32,000 bases of DNA. Origin: Sarcina sp. (GTDB lineage: Bacteria > Bacillota > Clostridia > Clostridiales > Clostridiaceae). The DNA lies in assembly GCA_051650125.1 (NCBI GenBank), contig JBOFIK010000013.1, positions 40,598 to 72,597 of the forward strand, written 5' to 3'. The translations under genes and the position numbers were made by a program. Of the stretch, positions 17,232 to 25,417 are shown piece by piece; positions within the stretch are counted from its first letter, which is position 1; each line of letters opens with the position of its first letter. The notes beneath the pieces were generated by a model. That model worked only from the letters and a program-made list of their open reading frames with translations. It was not told the origin of the DNA and made no database searches.

Positions 17232-17441
17232 TTACTTAGTTGTATCTTTATCAACTAAGTTTTCAGTGTAATCAAACTCAGGACATGCAATATTGTTAGA
17301 AACTATAGGATCTATTTCATGTTCTGGAATTGAAATAAAGGTCTTTGTACTATATGAAAATAACTTTTCGCCATTACAAGATGTTGCGAAATTTCTCATT
17401 TCTGGTGGGTAAACTGATTTTGGATTTTTAGTATCATTCAT
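17232..17441 (-). CDS. hypothetical 69-aa protein (no family recognised)
   Basis: A strong aaggagtg RBS sits 7 nt upstream of the ATG on the minus strand. The composition is non-shadow (D/E/N/P/T-rich, 2 Cys) and terminator hairpins lie downstream. Confidence 0.6.
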   Translation of the reverse strand: MNDTKNPKSVYPPEMRNFATSCNGEKLFSYSTKTFISIPEHEIDPIVSNNIACPEFDYTENLVDKDTTK

Positions 17442-17525
17442 ATGTAATCACTCCTTTATATGATATATTTTGTCCTATTTTTTTGTAAATTATGTATTAA
17501 TAGAATTAAATCTTCTTTAAAATTG

Positions 17526-17554
17526 TTGATAGTAAATTTGTAAAACTATATAAT
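17526..17554 (+). promoter_or_regulatory. candidate sigma-A promoter for the LCP gene
   Basis: TTGATA (17526-17531), a 17-nt spacer, then TATAAT (17549-17554), about 100 nt upstream of the ATG at 17655. Confidence 0.5.
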
Positions 17555-17654
17555 GGAAAAATGTAGAATTAATTGGAAAAATGTTTTAGGGGGAATATTT
17601 TATAGTAAATAAGAATAGTTAAAAGTAATAATATTAATTTTTAGGGGGATTATT

Positions 17655-18635
17655 ATGCGTTCAAATAGAATTGAAAGAACTAAAAAAAGGGGTTCTGTTA
17701 AAAGTAAAATTCTTATAGGTTCATTAATTGCGATACTAGGTATAGTAGCTGGCATTGGGGGATATGTATGGGCATTGTTTGGTAGTATGGATAAGGTAGA
17801 GTTAGATAAAGAAAATTTAGGGTCTAATGTACAACTTAATGATGAGTATTCACATATAAAAAATATTGCATTATTTGGAGTGGATCAAGCTGATGGGGCT
17901 GGTGGAAGAAGTGATTCAATAATGGTTGCTACTGTGGATAGTAAAAATAAAAAACTTAAACTTACATCTTTAATGAGAGATTCATACGTTGAAATTGCAG
18001 GTAAAGAAAGTAATAAACTTAATGCAGCCTATGCTTTTGGTCAAGAAGAGCTTGCAATTAAAACTATAAATCAAAATTTCAATTTGAACATAGAAGATTT
18101 TGTAACAGTTGATTTTTCAAGTTTACCAAAGATTGTAGATAAGGTTGGAGGGGTTGATATAGAAATTGATTCAGCAGAACTTGAGCATATTAATAATTAC
18201 ATCAATGATATTAACAGTAAAACAGGTACTAATTCAGGTCATATTGGAAGTACTGGAATGAAACATTTAAATGGTGTCCAGGCTATGGCTTATTGTAGAA
18301 TAAGATACACAGCTGGTGATGATTTTAAAAGAACTGAAAGACAAAGAGAAGTTTTAGAGCAAATTGCAAATAATTTATTTAGTATGTCACCAACTAAGTA
18401 CCCAGGGTTATTAAATGAAATATTCCCGATGGTTAAAACAAGTTTATCAACAGGTGCAATTATGGAAATGGGGACAGATGCAGTTAGCATAGGAAATAAT
18501 TTAGAGCAAAATAGATTCCCAGCAGATGCAGATTTAAAGAGTGAAATGATTAACGGACAATCATGTTTAACATTTAATAAACAAGTTACAACAGATAAGA
18601 TTCATAAGTGGATTTTTGAAGATATAAAAGAATAA
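17655..18635 (+). CDS. LytR-CpsA-Psr (LCP) family cell-wall glycopolymer ligase
   Basis: 326 aa with a short cytoplasmic N-terminus, a single TM helix and LCP-domain motifs (NIALFGVD...GRSDSIMV...SLMRDSYV...RIR...DDFKRTERQREV). RBS is aggggga. Confidence 0.88.
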   Translation: MRSNRIERTKKRGSVKSKILIGSLIAILGIVAGIGGYVWALFGSMDKVELDKENLGSNVQLNDEYSHIKNIALFGVDQADGAGGRSDSIMVATVDSKNKKLKLTSLMRDSYVEIAGKESNKLNAAYAFGQEELAIKTINQNFNLNIEDFVTVDFSSLPKIVDKVGGVDIEIDSAELEHINNYINDINSKTGTNSGHIGSTGMKHLNGVQAMAYCRIRYTAGDDFKRTERQREVLEQIANNLFSMSPTKYPGLLNEIFPMVKTSLSTGAIMEMGTDAVSIGNNLEQNRFPADADLKSEMINGQSCLTFNKQVTTDKIHKWIFEDIKE

Positions 18636-18642
18636 TAAAGTT

Positions 18643-18681
18643 AAAAGTCTAGAAATAAGCTAAGCTAATTTCTAGACTTTT
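18643..18681 (+). terminator. intrinsic terminator after the LCP gene
   Basis: 11-bp stem, agtctagaaat pairing with atttctagact, plus an apical agc/gct extension, followed by tttt. Confidence 0.8.
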
Positions 18682-18777
18682 AATATTTGAACCTAGATAG
18701 GTAAAGAATAATTAGTGTGATATAATTATGATTAGATAAATTGTAATATTTTGTTAGAAAGGTGAAGGGTGATAACT

Positions 18778-19614
18778 ATGAAGTATAAGTTAATAGCAAT
18801 TGATATGGATGGAACATTACTTAGTAATAAGCATGAAGTAGCGGAGTATAATAAGGAAATGATTAAAAAGGCTACTGAAAAAGGTGTTAAGATAGCAATT
18901 ACAACAGGTAGACTTTTTGCATCAGCTAAAAAGTATTCAGAAATAATTGGAGTAGATTCTCCTATAATTTCATCTAATGGTGCTTATATAAGAGAACAAA
19001 ACAGCGAAGATGTTATATATGAATCAAATATATCAAAAGAGCAGTTTGATAAAGTGATGAGTATTATTAAAAAATATAATTTTAAAGTATATATGAATAC
19101 ATCAGATACAGTTATATCAGAGGATATGGTTCCAAAAGACCATGCATATAAACTTGTTAATAATGAACTTGATGATGCTTGGAAAATTAAGTTTGTTGAG
19201 GGAAGAGATTTTGATGAAGTGTATAAAGAGTATTCAAATGATATCCTAAAGTTTATTTGTATAGAAGAAGGAACAGATCAAACTGAGCTTATGAAGGCTA
19301 AAGCAGAACTTGCATCTTTTGAGGATTTAGAAGTAGTTAGTTCATGGGTTAATAATTTTGAGGTTATGCCAGCAGGAACTTCAAAGGGAAGTGCAGTTCA
19401 AAGACTAGCAGAAATATTAGGTATTAAAAGAGAAGAGGTTATTTGTATAGGAGATAGTGAAAATGACTTAAGTATGATTAAATATGCAGGTCTTGGAGTA
19501 GCTATGGGGAATGCAATTGACATAATAAAAGAAAATGCAGATTATATTACAGATACTAATTCTAATTGTGGCGTTGGTAAAATGATTGCAAAGTTTGTAT
19601 TAGAAGAAGATTAG
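18778..19614 (+). CDS. Cof-type HAD-IIB family phosphatase
   Basis: I chose the start at ATG 18778 (MKYKLIAIDMDGTL), downstream of the aaaggtgaagggtga RBS. The protein has the HAD motif I DMDGTL and the C-terminal GDSENDLSM motif. Confidence 0.88.
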   Translation: MKYKLIAIDMDGTLLSNKHEVAEYNKEMIKKATEKGVKIAITTGRLFASAKKYSEIIGVDSPIISSNGAYIREQNSEDVIYESNISKEQFDKVMSIIKKYNFKVYMNTSDTVISEDMVPKDHAYKLVNNELDDAWKIKFVEGRDFDEVYKEYSNDILKFICIEEGTDQTELMKAKAELASFEDLEVVSSWVNNFEVMPAGTSKGSAVQRLAEILGIKREEVICIGDSENDLSMIKYAGLGVAMGNAIDIIKENADYITDTNSNCGVGKMIAKFVLEED

Positions 19615-19647
19615 ATTACACAAAGTATTTTGTAACCTTAAAATAGC

Positions 19648-19688
19648 AAAGAGGCTATATTTCAATTTTGAAATATAGCCTCTTTTTT
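19648..19688. terminator. bidirectional intrinsic terminator between convergent genes
   Basis: Perfect 14-bp stem, gaggctatatttca pairing with tgaaatatagcctc, with a 4-nt loop, flanked by aaa on the left and tttttt on the right. Confidence 0.9.
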
Positions 19689-19699
19689 ATAGATTAAAA

Positions 19700-21295
19700 T
19701 TAATCGTCTGATTTACCTATTCCTGAAAGAATAACATCTGGATTTTTCTCTAAAGCCCAGCTAATTCCCCAGTCATTTTGGAAGATAAGAAGATTTCTAT
19801 CTTTCATGTCTTTAACTTTCTTAGTATCAGATGTAAGGTTTAACTTTTCAGGGTCAACATCATCATTTTCAATCCATCTAACAAATCTATAAGCAAGTCT
19901 ATCCATTTTGATATCAACGTTATATTCATTTTTAAGTCTATATTCAAGAACTTCAAATTGAAGTACCCCAACAACACCTATTATGATTTCTTCCATACCA
20001 ATGTGTAACTCTTTATAAGCTTGGATAGCTCCTTCTTGAGCTATTTGAGTGATACCTTTTATGAATTGTTTTCTCTTCATAGTATCAACAGGTCTAACTC
20101 TTGCAAAGTGTTCTGGAGCAAATACAGGAATTCCTTCGAATTTGAATTTTTCTGCACTAGAACAAAGTGTATCACCTATTGAGAATATACCTGGATCAAA
20201 TACACCAATGATATCTCCAGCATAAGCTTCTTCAACAACTTCTCTATCTTGAGCAAGGAATTGTTGAGGTTGTGCAAGTTTAAGTTTTTTACCACCTTGC
20301 ATATGGTAAACTTCCATACCTTTTTTGAATTCACCTGAGCAAATTCTCATGAAGGCAAGTCTATCTCTGTGAGCTTTATTCATATTAGCTTGTATTTTAA
20401 ATACGAAAGCAGAGAATGGCTCTTTAGTTGGTTCTATTATACCTTTACTTGAATTTCTTGATAAAGGTCCTGTTGTAAGTTTTAAGAATTCAGCAAGGAA
20501 TGGTGCAATACCAAAGTTTGTAAGAGCTGATCCAAAGAATACAGGTGATAATTCACCTTTTTGAACAGCATCATCATCAAAGTCATCTCCAGCTATATCT
20601 AAAAGTTCAATATCTTCCATAAGTTTATCGTATAAGATATCTCCAAGAAGTTCTCTAGCTGATTTATCATGTACTGAAATAATTGTTTCAACAACTTCAG
20701 TTTGACCATGGTTACCACCAGAAAAGGCTATTATTGTTTCGTTGCTTCTATTATATACCCCTTTAAAAGCATTTCCACAACCTATTGGCCAGTTTATTGG
20801 ATAAGTTTTGATTCCAAGTTCAGCCTCTATATCATCTAAAAGTTCAAATGGGTCTTTAGTTTCTCTATCCATTTTATTTATAAAAGTGAATATTGGGATT
20901 TCTCTAAGTGATGCAACTTGGAAAAGCTTTCTTGTTTGAGGCTCAACCCCTTTAGCTCCATCAACAACCATAACAGCAGAATCTGCTGCAATAAGTGTTC
21001 TATATGTATCCTCTGAGAAATCTTGGTGACCAGGTGTATCAAGGATGTTGATACAGTACCCATCATAGTTAAACTGCATAACTGATGATGATACAGAAAT
21101 ACCTCTTTGTTTTTCTATTTCCATCCAGTCAGATACTGCGTGAGTAGATGCTTTTCTAGCTTTTACTGAACCAGCCATTCTGATAGCTCCTCCATATAAA
21201 AGGAATTTCTCGGTTAATGTTGTTTTACCAGCATCTGGGTGAGAGATGATAGCGAAGGTTCTTCTTTTTTCAATTTCATTAATTAAATTAGACAA
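19700..21295 (-). CDS. prfC: peptide chain release factor 3
   Basis: 531 aa, a translational GTPase with AIISHPDAGKTT (G1), DTPGHQDF (G3) and NKMD (G4). The start codon is TTG, preceded by an aaggagg RBS. The G1 motif at residue 15 leaves no room for a later start. Confidence 0.95.
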   Translation of the reverse strand: MSNLINEIEKRRTFAIISHPDAGKTTLTEKFLLYGGAIRMAGSVKARKASTHAVSDWMEIEKQRGISVSSSVMQFNYDGYCINILDTPGHQDFSEDTYRTLIAADSAVMVVDGAKGVEPQTRKLFQVASLREIPIFTFINKMDRETKDPFELLDDIEAELGIKTYPINWPIGCGNAFKGVYNRSNETIIAFSGGNHGQTEVVETIISVHDKSARELLGDILYDKLMEDIELLDIAGDDFDDDAVQKGELSPVFFGSALTNFGIAPFLAEFLKLTTGPLSRNSSKGIIEPTKEPFSAFVFKIQANMNKAHRDRLAFMRICSGEFKKGMEVYHMQGGKKLKLAQPQQFLAQDREVVEEAYAGDIIGVFDPGIFSIGDTLCSSAEKFKFEGIPVFAPEHFARVRPVDTMKRKQFIKGITQIAQEGAIQAYKELHIGMEEIIIGVVGVLQFEVLEYRLKNEYNVDIKMDRLAYRFVRWIENDDVDPEKLNLTSDTKKVKDMKDRNLLIFQNDWGISWALEKNPDVILSGIGKSDD

Positions 21296-21383
21296 ATCTA
21301 TTTTCCTCCTTAAATTTATATAGGCTATTTAAATAATCTATATAAGGTGTTTTCAACATTTAAATTTCATTATTAACTTAAAC

Positions 21384-21392
21384 ATTATAACA
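21384..21392 (-). promoter_or_regulatory. extended -10 promoter element (TGtTATAAT on the minus strand) upstream of prfC
   Basis: The minus strand reads tgttataat, about 90 nt upstream of the TTG start. It abuts the upstream terminator. Confidence 0.4.
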
Positions 21393-21400
21393 TATTGGCA

Positions 21401-21439
21401 TAAAATAAAACTAGGCTTAGTTTAACTTAGCCTAGTTTT
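21401..21439 (-). terminator. intrinsic terminator after the P-loop ATPase gene
   Basis: Stem ctaggct/agcctag (7 bp, plus 2 more after one mismatch), followed by ttttatttta on the minus strand. There is also a T-run on the plus-strand side. Confidence 0.7.
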
Positions 21440-21454
21440 ACATAGAGTTTAAAA

Positions 21455-22072
21455 TTATTTAGCTTCTTTTTGAGTGTTAGATTTCATTGAATCTGTAATT
21501 GTTGGAATTACTTCAAGTTTATCTAACCCAATATGTTTAAGTATAGATTCTGATCTAGCTCTTGTTGAGCCAGTTAAAACAGTATACTTAATATTTTCTG
21601 AGTCAAGGAATATTCTGATTGCCTCATCTATTGCAATAGCAAGGTCTTCATCTTGCCATCTTACACCATCTTTTTCATACCCAAATTCTCTTGGAACATA
21701 GAATATATGATCATATTTATTTACATCATTTAATGCTAGTTTATATAAATCATTAAGAATTTCTATTTCTTTTTGAGTTCTTTTTTTATCTCCAAGCATA
21801 AATCTACCATATATGTAAGGTACAAATGTTGCATAGTCTGTTAAAGCATAATCAAAATCATTAAGATTTGCTTCAAGTCTAGCTTGACCAAGATATATTC
21901 CATATTGCTCGGAAATAGTTTCAATCATTCCCTTTTCTTTTAAATACTCTGTACTGTATTCAGTTTCAGCACCTACATTAAGACCTCTAACTTTCATATC
22001 AACATAAATTTGTTGAATTAAAGTTGTCTTACCACATCTTGGACCTCCAAGAATTGCTATTCTAATTGGCAT
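21455..22072 (-). CDS. small P-loop NTPase/kinase, AAA_28 (NadR-C-terminal/ribosylnicotinamide-kinase-like) type
   Basis: 205 aa with Walker A GGPRCGKTT at residues 9-17 and no other recognisable domain. RBS is ctggggg. Confidence 0.7.
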   Translation of the reverse strand: MPIRIAILGGPRCGKTTLIQQIYVDMKVRGLNVGAETEYSTEYLKEKGMIETISEQYGIYLGQARLEANLNDFDYALTDYATFVPYIYGRFMLGDKKRTQKEIEILNDLYKLALNDVNKYDHIFYVPREFGYEKDGVRWQDEDLAIAIDEAIRIFLDSENIKYTVLTGSTRARSESILKHIGLDKLEVIPTITDSMKSNTQKEAK

Positions 22073-22255
22073 ATGTTAAACCCCCAGGTAATACGAATGT
22101 TTTCGTGTTTATCTGATAGCTAGTGAATGTAATAATTGAATATGCTCTTTTCGTGAGATACAAACATTCACATGCTCCTAGATAACTCGACTAAGTGTTT
22201 AGATGAAATATAAAATTTCTCCAAACTGAATCTTCGTTTATTTTGAATTAAATAC
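22073..22255 (-). promoter_or_regulatory. long structured 5' leader of the ATPase gene (candidate cis-regulatory RNA with a 15-codon uORF)
   Basis: The leader contains nested inverted repeats at 22109-22114/22180-22185 (6 bp) and 22123-22130/22164-22171 (8 bp, gtgaatgt/acattcac), an apical stem, and a separate hairpin at 22093-22106. A uORF at 22167..22120 (MFVSHEKSIFNYYIH) has an aggag SD sequence 7 nt upstream of its ATG. Confidence 0.4.
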
Positions 22256-22261
22256 TCTGTA

Positions 22262-22290
22262 ATTATATCAATTTATAAATGGGTTGTCAT
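22262..22290 (-). promoter_or_regulatory. sigma-A promoter with extended -10 for the ATPase gene
   Basis: The minus strand reads ATGACA, a 17-nt spacer ending in TGa, then TATAAT. This is the best promoter match in the window. Confidence 0.6.
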
Positions 22291-22385
22291 CCTTTAAGTT
22301 AAGTGGATATTAAATTGAAACTTTAATCTATTAATTGAAATAGAAAAAATAATACAACAAAGATTAAAAAAACCAAATAATGGAA

Positions 22386-22414
22386 TATCATATTAATAAA
22401 TTATTAATATGATA
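22386..22414. repeat. perfect 29-bp palindrome (14-bp arms, 1 central nt), candidate operator
   Basis: TATCATATTAATAA-A-TTATTAATATGATA, verified base by base. It lies between the two divergent promoters. Confidence 0.9.
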
Positions 22415-22475
22415 ATAGAAAGATGAATTAAATAGTAAAAAGTATTAATAGTGAGTAAAAAATTATCTAAATTAC

Positions 22476-22503
22476 TTTAGATAAGCCATTCATATGATAT
22501 AAT
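22476..22503 (+). promoter_or_regulatory. candidate promoter with extended -10 for the polysaccharide locus
   Basis: TTTAGA (22476-22481), a 16-nt spacer ending in TGa, then TATAAT (22498-22503), about 105 nt upstream of the ATG at 22610. Confidence 0.45.
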
Positions 22504-22609
22504 ACTATTGAAATCAATTGATATAAAATTATCTATAATTTGAAAAAAAAGTAATTTTAATTGCTTTTTGATATAAATAAATTGGTGATATTTAGGGAGA
22601 GGATTAGTT

Positions 22610-23266
22610 ATGTTAAATGAGGAGATAGTCAAAATGGATAAACTCTCGAGAAATAAAAAAGCTAAATTATATGAAATATCTAAAAGAGGGATGGATATTA
22701 TAGGTTCTTTAGTAGGTATAGTTTTACTTATGCCACTATACATAATTGTTGCTATTTGGATTAAAGTTGATTCTAAAGGTCCAATAATGTTCTCGCAAGA
22801 AAGAGTTGGTTTAGATGGAAGAGTATTTAATATGTACAAGTTTCGATCGATGGTAATTAATGCTGAAGAATTAAAAGAAAAGTTGAAACAACAAAATGAA
22901 AGAAAAGGACCAATGTTTAAAATAAAAGAGGATCCTAGGGTAACGAAAATTGGAAAGTTTATAAGAAAAACGAGTATAGATGAATTGCCACAACTTATAA
23001 ATATACTTAAAGGTGAAATGAGCATAGTAGGACCAAGACCTAGTTTGCCAAAAGAAGTAGCTCAATTTGATGAGTGGATGATGGAAAGATTAGATGTAAA
23101 ACCAGGACTTACATGTTATTGGCAAGTTCAGGGGAGAGATGATATAGGATTTAAGGAATGGATGAAATTAGATATTAAATATGTAAAAGAAAGAAGTTTC
23201 GCTTTAGATATTAAACTTATATTAAAAACTTTTACAGTATTACTAGGGGATAAGAATGCAAGTTAA
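22610..23266 (+). CDS. small monotopic phosphoglycosyl transferase (bacterial sugar transferase, PglC/WchA-C-terminal type); initiating enzyme
   Basis: 218 aa with one N-terminal hydrophobic helix and the signature motifs KFRSM, PRVTKIGKFIRKTSIDELPQLINILKGEMSIVGPRP and RLDVKPGLT. RBS is gggagagg. Confidence 0.88.
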   Translation: MLNEEIVKMDKLSRNKKAKLYEISKRGMDIIGSLVGIVLLMPLYIIVAIWIKVDSKGPIMFSQERVGLDGRVFNMYKFRSMVINAEELKEKLKQQNERKGPMFKIKEDPRVTKIGKFIRKTSIDELPQLINILKGEMSIVGPRPSLPKEVAQFDEWMMERLDVKPGLTCYWQVQGRDDIGFKEWMKLDIKYVKERSFALDIKLILKTFTVLLGDKNAS

Positions 23267-23276
23267 GGAGGTACAA

Positions 23277-24425
23277 ATGAAGAATATATTTATTATAGGA
23301 TCAAAAGGCATTCCATCAAACTATGGTGGATTTGAAACTTTTGTTGAAAAACTTACAGAGGGGAAAATGTCGGAGGAGATTAGGTATCATGTATCATGTT
23401 TAGCTGATAATCAAGAGGAGTTTTATCATAATGATGCGAGGTGTTTTAATGTCAAGGTACCTAATATAGGAGCTGGAAAGGCTATTTATTATGATGTGAT
23501 AGCTTTGAAAAAAAGTATAAAGTATATCAAAGATAATAATTTAAGTGATGCAGTTATTTATATTCTTGCTTGTCGAATAGGGCCTTTTATTAAAAAATAT
23601 AAAAGAGAAGCTGAAAAATTAGGAATTAAAGTGTACGTAAATCCAGATGGTCATGAGTGGAAAAGAGGGAAATGGAATTTTGCAATAAAGAAATATTGGA
23701 AAATATCAGAAAAGTTAATGGTGAAACATTCAGACTTATTAATTTGTGATTCGAAAAATATAGAAAAGTATATAAAAGAAGATTATAGAGAGTTTAATCC
23801 TAAAACAACATTTATTGCATATGGAGCTGATTTGGAAAAATCTAAAGTAGAAGATGATAATAAAAAAATAATAGAATGGTACGAAAGTAAAGGTGTTAAA
23901 GCGGAAGAGTATTATTTAATTGTAGGCAGATTTGTTCCGGAAAATAATTATGAGGCTATGATTGTAGAATTTATGAAATCAAAGACTAAAAAAGACTTAG
24001 TGATTATAACAAATGTTGAGCAAAATAAATTTTATGAGAGCTTAAAAGAAAAAACAGGTTTTGATAAAGATAAACGAATTAAATTTGTTGGGACAGTTTA
24101 TAATGAGGATCTATTAAAGAAAATAAGAGAGAATGCATTTGCTTATTTACATGGGCATGAGGTAGGTGGGACAAACCCATCATTATTAGAAGCTTTGGCT
24201 ACAACTCGAATTAATATACTGTTAAATGTGGGTTTTAATAATGAAGTTGGTGAAGTTGGAGCTATTTATTTTGAAAAAAATAATTTAGGTGAAGTTATAG
24301 CAGAAGTTGAAAAGATGAACTCTAAAGAGGTCGAAGTTATAGCTTTAAAGGCTAAAGAAAGGATAAATAATTTTTATACTTGGGAGTTTATAATAGCTAA
24401 GTATGAAAAATTATTTTTGGGGTAA
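23277..24425 (+). CDS. GT-B fold glycosyltransferase with N-terminal DUF1972 (WchF/RgpA-like, probable rhamnosyltransferase)
   Basis: I chose the start at ATG 23277 because an aaggagg RBS lies 6 nt upstream. The N-terminus IIGSKGIPSNYGGFETFVEKL is typical of DUF1972, and the C-terminal region contains GHEVGGTNPSLLEA. Confidence 0.8.
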   Translation: MKNIFIIGSKGIPSNYGGFETFVEKLTEGKMSEEIRYHVSCLADNQEEFYHNDARCFNVKVPNIGAGKAIYYDVIALKKSIKYIKDNNLSDAVIYILACRIGPFIKKYKREAEKLGIKVYVNPDGHEWKRGKWNFAIKKYWKISEKLMVKHSDLLICDSKNIEKYIKEDYREFNPKTTFIAYGADLEKSKVEDDNKKIIEWYESKGVKAEEYYLIVGRFVPENNYEAMIVEFMKSKTKKDLVIITNVEQNKFYESLKEKTGFDKDKRIKFVGTVYNEDLLKKIRENAFAYLHGHEVGGTNPSLLEALATTRINILLNVGFNNEVGEVGAIYFEKNNLGEVIAEVEKMNSKEVEVIALKAKERINNFYTWEFIIAKYEKLFLG

Positions 24426-24427
24426 AT

Positions 24428-25414
24428 ATGTTATTAAGTATAATAGTTCCTGTTTATAATGTTGAAGCTTATATTGAAAAATGTCTAGAGAGTTTAGTGG
24501 TTCAAAAAGTTGAAAGTTTTGAAATCATATGTGTAGATGATGGGAGTACTGATAAGTCACTTGGGATTTTATATCGGCTTGAAAATAAATATCCCAAAAT
24601 AATCAAAGTATTTTCTAAAGAAAATGCTGGGCTAGCAGACACAAGGAATTTTGGAGTAGAACAAGCTAAAGGTAAATACTTAGGTTTTGTCGATTCAGAT
24701 GATTGGGTATCAAAAAATATGTTTTCAGATATGCTAGAAAAAGCTTTGAAAGATAAGTCGGAGATAGTAATTTGTGATTATATTGAAGTTTATAAAAATG
24801 AAAATAAGTATATAGAGGATAAAGCTAACTCTAAAATGTTATATGAGTCTTTAGTTTGTAATAAAATTTTTGAAAGAAGCCTATTCACTAAATATAATAT
24901 TAAATTTCCAGTTGGGCTGTGGTATGAAGATAATGCAGTTACATACAAGTTACTATTTTTAGCTTCAAAGGTTTGCAAGATAGATGAAGGATACTATTTT
25001 TATAGAAGAACAAGAAGTGGATCTATTATGAATTCACAAAAATCAAGTAAGATATATGATATGTGGGAAATAAGTGATAACTTATATAGATTTTTTTTAG
25101 ACTTTCAATTAAGTGACCAAGAGAAGAAAGAAATAGAATATATTTTCTTGAGAAATACAATGTTTAGGCAAATACCTAAAATAATAAAGTATGAAGGTAT
25201 CAATATATTAAAAACAAGTAATATGGTGAAAAAGAATTTTGAGGTTTTAGAAAATAAGTTTCCTAATTGGGAAAAAAATGAGATGATTTTAGAAGATGAA
25301 AACTTATATTATAGGAATAAAATTGGAAAAAATCATATTAGAAAGATAAAAAAAATTAAAAAAAATTATTTTAATATTTTTACTATGATGTTATTAAAAG
25401 AAGTGGGGTATTAA
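24428..25414 (+). CDS. glycosyltransferase family 2
   Basis: N-terminal LSIIVPVYNVEAYIEKCLESL...VDDGSTD...DSDD, the canonical GT2 (GT-A fold, DxD) signature. Confidence 0.88.
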   Translation: MLLSIIVPVYNVEAYIEKCLESLVVQKVESFEIICVDDGSTDKSLGILYRLENKYPKIIKVFSKENAGLADTRNFGVEQAKGKYLGFVDSDDWVSKNMFSDMLEKALKDKSEIVICDYIEVYKNENKYIEDKANSKMLYESLVCNKIFERSLFTKYNIKFPVGLWYEDNAVTYKLLFLASKVCKIDEGYYFYRRTRSGSIMNSQKSSKIYDMWEISDNLYRFFLDFQLSDQEKKEIEYIFLRNTMFRQIPKIIKYEGINILKTSNMVKKNFEVLENKFPNWEKNEMILEDENLYYRNKIGKNHIRKIKKIKKNYFNIFTMMLLKEVGY

Positions 25415-25417
25415 TAA

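Noticed and set aside
17555-17654. A duplicated ttttaggggga(a/t)tatt motif in the LCP leader, where the first copy might serve as the RBS for a uORF.
   Set aside because: The first copy has no start codon at usable spacing. The only nearby ATG gives ATG-TTT-TAG upstream of the motif. It is probably a chance repeat of an SD-like G-run.
22073-22255. An NAD+ riboswitch (nadA or pnuC motif) or another known riboswitch class upstream of the NadR-like kinase-type ATPase.
   Set aside because: The minus-strand leader contains no C-run or ACANCCCC-type element. I could not match the core motifs of any riboswitch class I know (L-box, purine, preQ1, ZTP, c-di-GMP, guanidine). It is kept only as an unclassified structured leader.
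22477-23025. A 182-aa minus-strand ORF overlapping the sugar transferase gene and part of the intergenic region.
   Set aside because: It is antisense to a well-supported CDS. Its L/I/F/S-rich composition is typical of shadow frames in AT-rich DNA, and it has no SD sequence upstream of its ATG.
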